This document shows positions 8,230-17,215 of a DNA stretch of 32,000 nt, piece by piece. The position numbers and the translations under genes are program-made. The notes beneath the pieces were generated by a model. The model had not been told where the DNA came from and made no database searches. It was given only the letters and a program-made list of their open reading frames with translations. Source of the stretch: Desulfocapsa sulfexigens DSM 10523 (GTDB lineage: Bacteria; Desulfobacterota; Desulfobulbia; Desulfobulbales; Desulfocapsaceae); contig NC_020304.1 in the NCBI RefSeq assembly GCF_000341395.1, positions 1,260,001 to 1,292,000 of the forward strand, written 5' to 3'. Positions within the stretch are counted from its first letter, which is position 1. Each line of letters starts with the position of its first letter.

Positions 8230-9594
8230 ATGGCAAAAAAACAGGAAACAGCATTTGTCTGTACCGATTGTGGTGCAGATTTCAGCCGCTGGTTAGGACA
8301 GTGCAGCGTTTGTAAGGAGTGGAACACCGTCAAAGAAGTCCGTTTGGGAAGGAGTCCTGCAGGCAGGCACTCCACCGGTTATAGTGGTAAGCACTCCATG
8401 GTGCAATTACTCTCTGAAGTGGATAGAAGTCGGGCAGAGAGGATTTCAACCGGAATTGCCGAATTTGACCGGGTCCTGGGACAGGGGATTGTGTGCGGAT
8501 CTGTTGTGCTTATCGGCGGGGCGCCGGGGGCTGGCAAGTCAACTCTTCTTCTTCAGGCGCTGGCAAAAGGTTCGGTATCCGGGATTCCGGTACTCTACGT
8601 ATCCGGTGAAGAATCTCCGCAGCAGATTGCCGAACGGGCCGATCGGCTGGAACTTCCAGCTGGCAATATCAAGATGCTGGCTGAGACATCCGTTGAAGAA
8701 ATCTGCAAAGTGATGAATAAAGAAGAGCCCCAGGTGGTTGTGATTGACTCTATCCAGGTCGTGCATTCAATGTCTTCCGAATCGGCCCCGGGGTCAATCT
8801 CCCAGGTGCGGGAATCCGCGGCAATTCTCACCCGTTATGCTAAAGAAACCAACACTTCCATTTTTATGGTCGGCCATGTGACGAAGGATCATTCTCTCGC
8901 AGGCCCCATGACCCTGAGTCACATTGTGGATGCTCAGGTGGTGCTCTCATCCACTGATGATGCCAGGTATCGTATTTTGCGGGCCGACAAAAACCGTTTT
9001 GGCAGTGTGGGGGAACTTGGTTTCTTTGCCATGACCGACAGGGGCTTGAAGGAAGTTAAGAATCCCTCTGCCATGTTTCTGTCACGATCAGGTACTCCGG
9101 CATCCGGTAGTGCGGTAACCGTTGTATGGGAGGGAACCAGACCATTGCTTGTGGAAATTCAGGCCCTGGTTACTGAATGCCAGTCAGGCAATCCAAGACG
9201 TCTGGCAGTGGGGATGGATCAAAACAGGATTGCCATGCTTCTGGCAGTGCTTGCCAAGCATGGGGGGCTCGCCACGGCCAGTGACGAAGTATACGTAAAC
9301 GTGGTGGGGGGAATTCGGGTATACGAGACAAGTTCTGATCTTGCCGCAATGGTGGGCATAGTTTCCAGTTTGCAGGACAGGGTTATTCCTCATGATTCCC
9401 TCTTTTTTGGAGAAATAGGGCTTTCCGGTGAGATTCGACCGGTGGCCAATGGTGAAGCAAGATTGAAAGAGGCTGCCAAACATGGATTTCGTCGGGCGGT
9501 GATCCCCAAGGCCAATGCTCCGCGGCAGCCGGTGAAGAGTCTTGAAATTGTTGCTGTGGGGAGTCTGGTTGAAGCTCTGGAAGCCCTGTACTAG
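8230..9594 (+). CDS. radA: DNA repair protein RadA
   Basis: N-terminal CTDCGADFSRWLGQCSVCKEWNT zinc finger, Walker A GGAPGAGKST, RadA motif KNRFGS, Lon-like C-terminus. Confidence 0.97.
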   Translation: MAKKQETAFVCTDCGADFSRWLGQCSVCKEWNTVKEVRLGRSPAGRHSTGYSGKHSMVQLLSEVDRSRAERISTGIAEFDRVLGQGIVCGSVVLIGGAPGAGKSTLLLQALAKGSVSGIPVLYVSGEESPQQIAERADRLELPAGNIKMLAETSVEEICKVMNKEEPQVVVIDSIQVVHSMSSESAPGSISQVRESAAILTRYAKETNTSIFMVGHVTKDHSLAGPMTLSHIVDAQVVLSSTDDARYRILRADKNRFGSVGELGFFAMTDRGLKEVKNPSAMFLSRSGTPASGSAVTVVWEGTRPLLVEIQALVTECQSGNPRRLAVGMDQNRIAMLLAVLAKHGGLATASDEVYVNVVGGIRVYETSSDLAAMVGIVSSLQDRVIPHDSLFFGEIGLSGEIRPVANGEARLKEAAKHGFRRAVIPKANAPRQPVKSLEIVAVGSLVEALEALY

Positions 9595-9648
9595 CAATTA
9601 CAGTTTGTATGCAGAGTCTATCGAACTTACAAATAAAAGGAGTAACGA

Positions 9649-10254
9649 ATGGATTTTAAAAAGCATTTAACAACAGCCTGGGAAAGCACCTTACAATTTA
9701 TCGTCCCTGTCATTTTGCTGACCTTGGTACAATTGATAGTGGTGACCCTCAGCCTTGGGATTCTCGCTCCTGTCACCACTGCTGGCTATATCCAGTCCCT
9801 GCTGCAGGCTTTGCGTGATGGTCGTGAGCCACAGATCGGGGATCTCTTTTCTGAGATGCGCCTGTTTCTGCCGCTGTTTGCCTTTGGTGTTCTGGCTGTC
9901 TTTGCCACCTTTTTCGGTTTTCTGCTTTTAATTCTTCCCGGTCTCCTCGTCCTTGCATTTCTGGTTTTTGCAACCATCTACATGATCCCTCTGATGACAG
10001 ATCGTAAAATGGGACTGTTTGAGGCCATTAAGGAATCCTGGAATATGGCTGTTAGAAAACCAATAGCAGACCAGGTTGTTCTTATGCTTCTCTATCTGCT
10101 TATTATGTCTGTTGGTGGTTCTATTCCTCTGGCAGTGCTCTTTGCTCAGCCCCTTGCGACTTTTTTAATGCTGGCTGTCTATGACGAACGATTGGAGTTT
10201 GGGCGGATCAGTGTAGAGCAGGGGCCGCCACCAGTTCCCGGCAGCGAGGTCTAA
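9649..10254 (+). CDS. Multi-pass membrane protein of unknown function
   Basis: Several hydrophobic helices; SWNMAVRKPIADQVVLMLLYLLIMSVGG resembles integral membrane families near bacterial housekeeping genes; AGGAG-like site upstream. Confidence 0.75.
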   Translation: MDFKKHLTTAWESTLQFIVPVILLTLVQLIVVTLSLGILAPVTTAGYIQSLLQALRDGREPQIGDLFSEMRLFLPLFAFGVLAVFATFFGFLLLILPGLLVLAFLVFATIYMIPLMTDRKMGLFEAIKESWNMAVRKPIADQVVLMLLYLLIMSVGGSIPLAVLFAQPLATFLMLAVYDERLEFGRISVEQGPPPVPGSEV

Positions 10255-10261
10255 GTGATCA

Positions 10262-13200
10262 ATGAAGATAAATAGTGTCAAAAGTAGAGGGATAGAGGGG
10301 TGGCATCGTTTCCAACTGGAGAATCATATCCTCTACGTGCAGCCGGATATTCCGGACTGGATCGTCGTTTCCGCTGAAGCGGATCGATTGCTCTGTTCTG
10401 AAAAAAGTAATGCCGCAGATTTTTACAGCAGGGATCAGCTCGAGCATGCCTTTGCCATTGAGCCACTGGAGCCTTATCAGGGCAGAGCATCGTTACTCAG
10501 GCTTAAGCAACTTAAAGAGTGCTGGTTTCACGTTACCGATACTTGCAACCTTAGTTGCCGCCACTGCCTTTTTTCTGCTTCGCCCGCAAAAACCAGAACT
10601 CTTGCTCCTGAACTTTTAGAACATGCAGTGCAGCAGGCATTTGATCTTGGCTGTCGCCTCTTCTCGTTCACCGGAGGGGAACCCTTTCTCTACCATGATT
10701 TCCTGCCCTTTCTTCGCAGCTTACTTCTGAAAAATAAAGAAGTGCATGTGGCAGTGCTTACAAACGGTATGCTGCTTGATCGCTATCTGGAAGAACTCGG
10801 AAGTCTTGAAAGGCTCCATATTCAGGTCAGCCTTGATGGTCTGGAAAGCAGTCATGACAGGTTGCGGGGCAGCGGCACTTACCAGAAATTGGTGAAAAAT
10901 CTTGGTTTGATGAAGGAAGCAGGAATACCTGTGACCCTGTCGGTGGCCATCAGCAGGGAAAATATTGAAGATCTGCCCAAATTAGTGGATCTGGCTGCTG
11001 AGTTGGGAGCGGCATCCATCCACCTGCTTTACCATTTTATTCGGGGTAAGGGGAACAGGGAGCAGTTTATCAGTCCTGACACCATTTTTCCCCACCTGTT
11101 AGCTGCTTGGCAGCGAGCAGACGAACTGGGGCTGACCATTGATAACATTGAGACGCTACGTAGTCAGATCTTTTCAACACCCGGTACCAGATATGATCTC
11201 TCCAACACCGCCTGGGAATCTGTGGCCGTGGGGCCGGACGGTAGTATCTATCCCTCTCCAGCACTTGTGGGAATGGAACAAACTGCCTGTGGACATCTGG
11301 ATCAGGGCCTGGAAACAGTGTGGAAAACAAGTCTTGTCCTCAATGAGTTGCGTCAGGCCAGTCTGATTCATTCTTCAGCGTATCTGGCGAATCCCCTGAA
11401 GTTTCTTGTTGGTGGTGGAGATATTGATCACAGTCTGATGTCAGGAAACGAATGGGTGGGGCATGATCCTTATGTACCTCTCTATAACCGTATTGCTCTC
11501 CAGTTGATCGAAGAACAGGCCAACTGTTATAATCACGCGGAAAAGAGTCAAATTCTCCTGCGTATGGGAGATGTCCGTTATGATTGTCCAGATGGTGAGG
11601 AAGAGAGTGCAGAAGTTGCACTTACTCATTGTAACTGTCTTATTTCCCTGGCCTCTGGCGCGGGACACAGTTCTGTGCGTGAATTTTATGGTGCTGCGGC
11701 GCTTGTTGCCAAGGAGGATATCGCCAATCCCCTGGCACCTGCCCAGGCAGAGGCTGATTTTATTTCGGAAAAAACCAAAAAGCACTCCTATGGTTGTGGC
11801 AGTCCGGTTACTGATGGTGCTCCACAGGAAGGGGAAACGCTGGTGGATCTCGGTTCCGGTTCCGGAATAGAGTGCTTTATGGCTTCTGCATCAGTTGGCA
11901 AGACAGGCCTGGTGTACGGCATTGATATGACAGATGAAATGCTAAAACTTGCGGGTGATTCATTACCGGAGGTAGCCGGACGGCTTGGTTATAACAATGT
12001 GGAATTTCGCAAAGGGTTTCTCGAGCAGATTCCGCTGGATGATGGTGTCGCCGATGTGGTTATCTCTAACTGCGTGATAAATCTCAGTCCTGACAAGCGC
12101 ATGACCTATCAGGAGATTTTTCGTATTCTGAAACCCGGTGGACGGCTGGTGGTCTCTGATATCGTCACCGACACTGCCATTCCTGCTACTCTCAAGAACA
12201 ATGTCCGTTATCGTGGTGAGTGCCTCGGTGGTGCCATGCAACAGGAGGAACTGGTCACCATGATGGCAGCTGCAGGTTTTTCTGCTATCCGCTTTATAAA
12301 ACGGTTTCCCTACCGTCGGGTGGAGAATGTGGATTTTTTCTCACTCACCTATGAAGCGATCCGTCCGGTTATTGTTCAGGAGGAGTTGGTTGACGTGGTC
12401 TACAGAGGCCCCTATGGTGCTGTCTACACGGAGTCTGGTGTTGCTCTAGTGAAGGGGCGGCGGACATCTGTTTCACTGCAGGAGGTGGCTTTACTGGATG
12501 ACTCTGTCTTTGTACTTGATAAAGAGGGGGTGGTCACAAATGTAGTAATGGAGAACTCCTGCTGTTCTCCTCAGCGTGAGATTAGTAGTATGGGAAATAG
12601 TTGCTGCGATTCAGAAGGTACACACTGCTGCGACAGTGATGAGAGTTCCCCTGAATTGGAACGAAAAACTGAAGGCTGTATGATCTGTGGCACTGACCTG
12701 CACTATTTTACCGATAGTCGGGAGATGGTCTGCAGCTATTGCGGCCGTCTGTTTGTTGCCAATGGGTGTTGCGAGCAGGGTCATTTTGTCTGTGATGGTT
12801 GCCATGGAGAAAATGGAATCGAAGTGATCAAGGCCATCTGCAGTGGAACAGAGGAGCGTGATCTTATAACCTTACTCGAACTGATTCGCAGCCATCCGGC
12901 AATCCCAATGCATGGGCCGGAGCATCATGCCATGATTCCTGGTATTATCCTTGCCTGTTATCGGAATTCCGGAGGTGATATCAGGGAAGAGGCGATTCTC
13001 ACCGGGATCAGCCGAGGGGCAGATATTCCAGGTGGGGTCTGCGGTTTCTGGGGTGCATGCGGGGCAGCAATTGGTTCAGGAATAGCAGTTTCTACAATAT
13101 TTTCAGCCACACCTCTCACCCCGTCACCACGACAGACAGCACAGGCCTTCAGTGCCAAAATTTTAAAGGTTATTTCGGAATACCGTGGTGGGCGCTGCTG

Positions 13201-13399
13201 TCAAAGGGAGACCTGGCTGGCTCTTTCTGAAACTGCCAGGTTGTCAGCAGAGATGCTCTCCGTTCCCATGGAGGCAAAAGGATCCCTTCGCTGTTCACAG
13301 TATATGAAAAACAAAGAGTGCATCAGAAAGCAGTGTCCTCTGTGGGAAAACCGGGTCAGGGAGTTAGAGCAGGAACTTCAGTTTCTTTCTGTGGAATAG
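10262..13399 (+). CDS. Multidomain fusion: radical SAM, ArsM/AS3MT-like methyltransferase, vicinal-Cys linker, zinc ribbon and DUF5714-like C-terminal domain
   Basis: Radical SAM DTCNLSCRHC + FTGGEPFL; methyltransferase YGCGSP...LVDLGSGSGIECF...GIDMTDEML...VISNCVINLSPDK...RILKPGGRLVVSDI...GECLGGA; NSCC...NSCC...HCC; CMICG...CSYCG...CDGCH; HGPEHHAMIPGIIL...GVCGFWGACGAAIGSGIA. Confidence 0.85.
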   Translation: MKINSVKSRGIEGWHRFQLENHILYVQPDIPDWIVVSAEADRLLCSEKSNAADFYSRDQLEHAFAIEPLEPYQGRASLLRLKQLKECWFHVTDTCNLSCRHCLFSASPAKTRTLAPELLEHAVQQAFDLGCRLFSFTGGEPFLYHDFLPFLRSLLLKNKEVHVAVLTNGMLLDRYLEELGSLERLHIQVSLDGLESSHDRLRGSGTYQKLVKNLGLMKEAGIPVTLSVAISRENIEDLPKLVDLAAELGAASIHLLYHFIRGKGNREQFISPDTIFPHLLAAWQRADELGLTIDNIETLRSQIFSTPGTRYDLSNTAWESVAVGPDGSIYPSPALVGMEQTACGHLDQGLETVWKTSLVLNELRQASLIHSSAYLANPLKFLVGGGDIDHSLMSGNEWVGHDPYVPLYNRIALQLIEEQANCYNHAEKSQILLRMGDVRYDCPDGEEESAEVALTHCNCLISLASGAGHSSVREFYGAAALVAKEDIANPLAPAQAEADFISEKTKKHSYGCGSPVTDGAPQEGETLVDLGSGSGIECFMASASVGKTGLVYGIDMTDEMLKLAGDSLPEVAGRLGYNNVEFRKGFLEQIPLDDGVADVVISNCVINLSPDKRMTYQEIFRILKPGGRLVVSDIVTDTAIPATLKNNVRYRGECLGGAMQQEELVTMMAAAGFSAIRFIKRFPYRRVENVDFFSLTYEAIRPVIVQEELVDVVYRGPYGAVYTESGVALVKGRRTSVSLQEVALLDDSVFVLDKEGVVTNVVMENSCCSPQREISSMGNSCCDSEGTHCCDSDESSPELERKTEGCMICGTDLHYFTDSREMVCSYCGRLFVANGCCEQGHFVCDGCHGENGIEVIKAICSGTEERDLITLLELIRSHPAIPMHGPEHHAMIPGIILACYRNSGGDIREEAILTGISRGADIPGGVCGFWGACGAAIGSGIAVSTIFSATPLTPSPRQTAQAFSAKILKVISEYRGGRCCQRETWLALSETARLSAEMLSVPMEAKGSLRCSQYMKNKECIRKQCPLWENRVRELEQELQFLSVE

Positions 13400-13581
13400 G
13401 AATGTGTTTGTACAGGACAGATATTTCTGAAAAAGTTTAATTTTGAATTTGACGATTGATAATTTCACCTATTTGGTTGAGAATGGGTATTTATACCGAT
13501 GTCTTTTTTTTGAATTCTGATAAACTGTAGACATGAAGAATTAATATCTCCGAACCGTGCTATCTTGATAGAGGGGAAATT

Positions 13582-14238
13582 ATGCGAAAAAGTAACAAAA
13601 TAACAAGTATGTGTTTTGCTGCTGCTTTTGTATGTCTGTTTTTTCTTGGAGGATCCGGGGTGAGTCAGGCAACACTAGTAGTTGCCGGTGCAGGCCAGTA
13701 CCCATTGATTGGTACTGGCTCAGGCGGTGGTGATGGGCTTGATGACTTTGATAATGTGAATTGGTTGCTCGATGAGTACTATGAGCGTGACGTTGATGTG
13801 TTCTCCATTGGAAAATTTGAGGAAGAATACATAGGTGATGAACCTCAGGGTAATCTTATACCGGTTGGTTTTACTGCTCCCTGGGATCCTGCATGGTTTA
13901 GCTGGGATGGCAACATATTGGATACTACAGATGGTGTTGGATATATCAATATCCCCAGTGACAGTATTTTTAACTGGACAGGACATTTTTGGTATAGCAT
14001 CAAGGCTGGCAGTGCATTCGGACTCTATGATGGTGGAATATTGACCCTGACAGCTGGTTCGAGTTACAGTATCCCCTGGGATATAAAAAATGTTCCAGCT
14101 GGTTTTACTGGGAACGGCTTGTCCCACTTCAGTCTCTGGGCTGAGGAAGCTTCTCCTGTGCCGGAACCGGCAACGATACTTCTCTTTGGTGCCGGTTTGG
14201 TTGGAATAGCAGGTATACGGCTAAGAAAGACAAAATAA
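13582..14238 (+). CDS. Secreted PEP-CTERM sorting-domain protein
   Basis: N-terminal signal peptide; C-terminal VPEPATILLFGAGLVGIAGIRLRKTK: PEP motif, hydrophobic helix, basic tail. Confidence 0.93.
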   Translation: MRKSNKITSMCFAAAFVCLFFLGGSGVSQATLVVAGAGQYPLIGTGSGGGDGLDDFDNVNWLLDEYYERDVDVFSIGKFEEEYIGDEPQGNLIPVGFTAPWDPAWFSWDGNILDTTDGVGYINIPSDSIFNWTGHFWYSIKAGSAFGLYDGGILTLTAGSSYSIPWDIKNVPAGFTGNGLSHFSLWAEEASPVPEPATILLFGAGLVGIAGIRLRKTK

Positions 14239-14258
14239 CCAGCCAGATATTTTTCAAC

Positions 14259-14293
14259 AAAAAGCAGGGTCATTGCGACTCTGCTTTTTTTTT
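14259..14293 (+). terminator. Rho-independent terminator after the PEP-CTERM gene
   Basis: AAAAAGCAGgGTC-attgc-GACtCTGCTTTTTTTTT. Confidence 0.8.
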
Positions 14294-14504
14294 AAGTACC
14301 CCTGGTACTGTATCCAACCACTGCTTGATAAGAGAGTAAAGATTGATACAATCTGTGAGGGATGTTGACTCTTACCATTTGTTACTGTTTTGCAAATTCG
14401 GAATTAAATTCTCATAATTCAAATAAAGAGATCGACAAATTGAATTAAAATTGTTCATATACTCGTATCATAAACTTTTGTATTTTATTTCAGGAGGGGT
14501 GAAG

Positions 14505-14624
14505 ATGAGCGGACATGGACATGGGCATGAGAAACCGGAAGAGGATCATTCAGTCTGTATTAAGGTTGGAGTCTTTTTTGTATTCGTTATCATAGGATTT
14601 TTTGTGATTGCTATGATTAATTAA
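14505..14624 (+). CDS. 39-aa His-rich single-pass membrane microprotein (not in the supplied ORF list)
   Basis: CAGGAGGGGTGAAG then ATG; translation MSGHGHGHEKPEEDHSVCIKVGVFFVFVIIGFFVIAMIN*; followed by a terminator. Confidence 0.7.
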   Translation: MSGHGHGHEKPEEDHSVCIKVGVFFVFVIIGFFVIAMIN

Positions 14625-14649
14625 GAAGGTTCTTGATCACAGATTTGTA

Positions 14650-14683
14650 AACCGTCAGGGGCATGGCTTCTGACGGTTTTTTT
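14650..14683 (+). terminator. Rho-independent terminator after the microprotein ORF
   Basis: AACCGTCAG-gggcatggctt-CTGACGGTTTTTTT. Confidence 0.8.
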
Positions 14684-14704
14684 GTTTTCAGGGGATTGGA
14701 GAGT

Positions 14705-15391
14705 ATGGCCAGAAACAAGTTTTATGCAGTGGCAAATGGCAGAAAGCCGGGGATTTATAGTTCCTGGCCGGAAGCGGAGGCCCAAGTAAAGGGGTATGGG
14801 GGAGCCAAATATAAAGGCTTTGTCAGCCGTCGGGAAGCTGAAGCCTGGATGGATGATCCTCGGTGGGGAGAGTCAAAAGGGATGATTAAGAAAAGAGAGA
14901 TCCATAAACTACCTGCATCATCAGGGGCCTCTATCGAAATTTACACTGATGGGGGGGCAATTAATAATCCAGGGCCAGGCGGGTATGGCGTGGTTCTCCT
15001 TGTGAATGGAGAATTGCGTGAACTTTCAGAAGGCTATCAGCACACTACAAATAATCGAATGGAGCTCATGGCCTGCATTAAGGGGATTGAAGCCCTCCCA
15101 TCAAGTTCTGAAAAGGTGGCCCTGTTTTCCGATTCACAGTATGTCGTCAATGGGATCAGTAAGGGATGGGCCAAGGCCTGGCGAAAGCGAAACTGGTTGA
15201 AATCCGATGGTAATCCAGCCGTGAATGCTGATTTGTGGGCCAGACTGCTTGACCTTACAGAGGGAATTGATATTGTCTTCAACTGGGTAAAGGGTCATGC
15301 CGGGCATCCGTTAAATGAGCGCTGTGATCAGTTAGCTGTGCAGAGTGCCAAAGGGGAGAATCTGGTAGTGGATTCTGGCTATAAAGGGTGA
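14705..15391 (+). CDS. rnhA: Ribonuclease HI with N-terminal viroplasmin-like domain
   Basis: KFYAVANGRKPGIYSSWPEAEAQVKGYGGAKYKGFVSRREAEAW viroplasmin motif; RNase HI IEIYTDGGAINNPGPGGYGV, TNNRMELMACIKGIEAL, DSQYVVNGI, NWVKGHAGHPLNERCDQLA. Confidence 0.93.
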   Translation: MARNKFYAVANGRKPGIYSSWPEAEAQVKGYGGAKYKGFVSRREAEAWMDDPRWGESKGMIKKREIHKLPASSGASIEIYTDGGAINNPGPGGYGVVLLVNGELRELSEGYQHTTNNRMELMACIKGIEALPSSSEKVALFSDSQYVVNGISKGWAKAWRKRNWLKSDGNPAVNADLWARLLDLTEGIDIVFNWVKGHAGHPLNERCDQLAVQSAKGENLVVDSGYKG

Positions 15392-15395
15392 GTCG

Positions 15396-16052
15396 ATGTT
15401 TAATGCTGAGAAATTATTAGGAAAGATTGTAAGGGAAACTCTTGGTGGAGGCAGCTCTCGGAGGAACAAAAGAGATGGTATCTTTGATTCTCTAGCCTCG
15501 GGACAGGGTCTGATGACCATGATTGGACTTGGCGTCGGGGCTTTTGAGATTCTAAAAGCAGAGAAAGAAAAAAAGAGTATTGGAGCAATGTCTATTATGG
15601 CTCCACCTGCGATTCCTTCGAGTTCCATGGGGACAGAAACAATGCTTCCCCCCTTGCCGCGTTCGTCACCACCTCCGGTTCCGACACCAAAAGGTGAACA
15701 GCGGGTGACGGGGGAAGAACTGGCTGTACGGCTCATTCAGGTGATGATTGCAGCTGCTCATGCCGATGGCACCCTTGATGAGTCCGAAGAGAAGGCTATT
15801 CTTGATCGTCTGCGCGGGGCTGAGTTGGAGAGTGAAGAGAAGATGTTTTTAGTAAGTGAGCTTCATCGACCCAGGTCTTTGGCTGAATTGACAGCAGGGA
15901 TTGATGATCCGTCCGTGATGAAAACCATGTATATGCTTGCAGTGGCAACCATTGAAATGGATAGTGATGCAGAACGAAACTGGCTTGATGCCCTGGGCGA
16001 TCAGTTGGGAATTTCTCCTGAGGTCAGAGCATTTATTGAAGAACAGAGTTGA
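15396..16052 (+). CDS. DUF533/TerB-like protein
   Basis: LLGKIVRETLGGG, GLMTMIGLGVGAFEIL, LIQVMIAAAHADGTLDESEEKAILDRL...EIDSDAERNWLDALGDQLGI. Confidence 0.8.
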   Translation: MFNAEKLLGKIVRETLGGGSSRRNKRDGIFDSLASGQGLMTMIGLGVGAFEILKAEKEKKSIGAMSIMAPPAIPSSSMGTETMLPPLPRSSPPPVPTPKGEQRVTGEELAVRLIQVMIAAAHADGTLDESEEKAILDRLRGAELESEEKMFLVSELHRPRSLAELTAGIDDPSVMKTMYMLAVATIEMDSDAERNWLDALGDQLGISPEVRAFIEEQS

Positions 16053-16090
16053 CCGCAAAAGAGAGAGAACCCTCTTTTGCGGTGTTTTTA
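16053..16090 (+). terminator. Terminator between convergent genes
   Basis: CCGCAAAAGAG-agagaacc-CTCTTTTGCGG followed by TGTTTTTATT; perfect 11-bp stem. Confidence 0.75.
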
Positions 16091-16093
16091 TTC

Positions 16094-17089
16094 CTAACGC
16101 TCAAACAGTGTAGAGAGGCCGCCAAGGACGGAGCCTTCTCCCACACTTTGCCCGCCGGTTTGTGGTGCGGCCTGGTGGATCCGTCCTGCGAGGCGTGAGA
16201 AAGGCAGGGACTGCAACCAGACATGGCCGGGGCCCTGGAGGGTGGCAAAAAAGAAACTTTCACCGCCAAATATTGCCGATTTCACGTTGCCGACAAATTC
16301 AATATCATAATTCACCGTCTGGGTTAATGCTACCAGACAGCCGGTGTCTACCCGCAGGGTTTCTCCAGCTGCCAGTTCCTTTTCTATAATTGTGCCGCCG
16401 GCGTGAACAAAGCAAAAGCCGTCACCATCAAGTTGTTGCATGATAAAGCCTTCGCCTCCAAAGAGTGCGGTTCCGATTTTCTTCTGAAAAGCAATTCCTA
16501 TGGAGACACCTTTTGCTGCACAGAGAAAGGCATCTTTCTGGCAGATAATTCTCCCGTTATACTGCTTGAGATCAAGGGGAATGATCTTTCCCGGATATGG
16601 GGAAGCAAAGGCAACCTTAGCCTTGCCCTGGCCGGTATGAGTGAACATGGTGACAAACAGGCCTTCACCTGAGATCAGCCGTTTCCCGGCACCGAGCATC
16701 TTGTCAAAAAAGCCACCCGATTGCGATTCCTCGGAACCGTCACCGAAGACGGTGTCCATTGTGATGCCGTTGGACATATACATCATGGCACCAGCTTCTG
16801 AAACCACGCTTTCCCGGGGATCCAGCTCAATTTCCACAAACTGCATTTCGTGGCCAAAAATCTCGTAATCAATTTCGTGGGCCCGGGTTCCTGTAACAGG
16901 TGGTGGCGTAGTTGTCGCAGCCGGATTGTTGAGTTCGGCAATGGTTGTTGCCGCTTGCCAGTCCGCAAGACCTTCGCGCCAGACCATGCTCGAACGCGGA
17001 TATTGCCCGGAAGAGAGGGCTGAAGAAAGCTGACTGGTGGTCATGGGACCCGTGGATTTTCCATCTACAGCTACGTACCACTTGGACAT
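16094..17089 (-). CDS. AIM24/TIGR00266-like protein with N-terminal GYF_2 (DUF4339)-like domain
   Basis: N-term [26 protein letters not shown]...[12 protein letters not shown]; body [42 protein letters not shown]...[11 protein letters not shown]. Confidence 0.87.
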   Translation of the reverse strand: MSKWYVAVDGKSTGPMTTSQLSSALSSGQYPRSSMVWREGLADWQAATTIAELNNPAATTTPPPVTGTRAHEIDYEIFGHEMQFVEIELDPRESVVSEAGAMMYMSNGITMDTVFGDGSEESQSGGFFDKMLGAGKRLISGEGLFVTMFTHTGQGKAKVAFASPYPGKIIPLDLKQYNGRIICQKDAFLCAAKGVSIGIAFQKKIGTALFGGEGFIMQQLDGDGFCFVHAGGTIIEKELAAGETLRVDTGCLVALTQTVNYDIEFVGNVKSAIFGGESFFFATLQGPGHVWLQSLPFSRLAGRIHQAAPQTGGQSVGEGSVLGGLSTLFER

Positions 17090-17215
17090 GGTGTACCTCT
17101 TGTCATCTGCAGGCCAATTTTTAGAAGGCCTTTATTTGAGGGGGGGTGAAAAATTACTAATAGTTTTGATATACCTGTTTTTGTGATTTCACAAAAGAAA
17201 AAGAACACGCATCGT

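Noticed and set aside
8121-8375. N-terminal extension of the EI24-like ORF
   Set aside because: Overlaps the divergent radA start and is not membrane-protein-like; start at 8120 or 8111 is more plausible.
10278-13158. Several minus- and plus-strand ORFs of 60-114 aa inside the fusion gene
   Set aside because: Shadow ORFs of the 10262..13399 frame, which carries clear domain motifs throughout.
10262-13399. Possibility that the fusion ORF is a frameshift or assembly artefact joining separate genes
   Set aside because: The frame is open throughout with domain-appropriate sequence and no internal ribosome site plus start at domain borders that I could support; still worth confirming by long reads.
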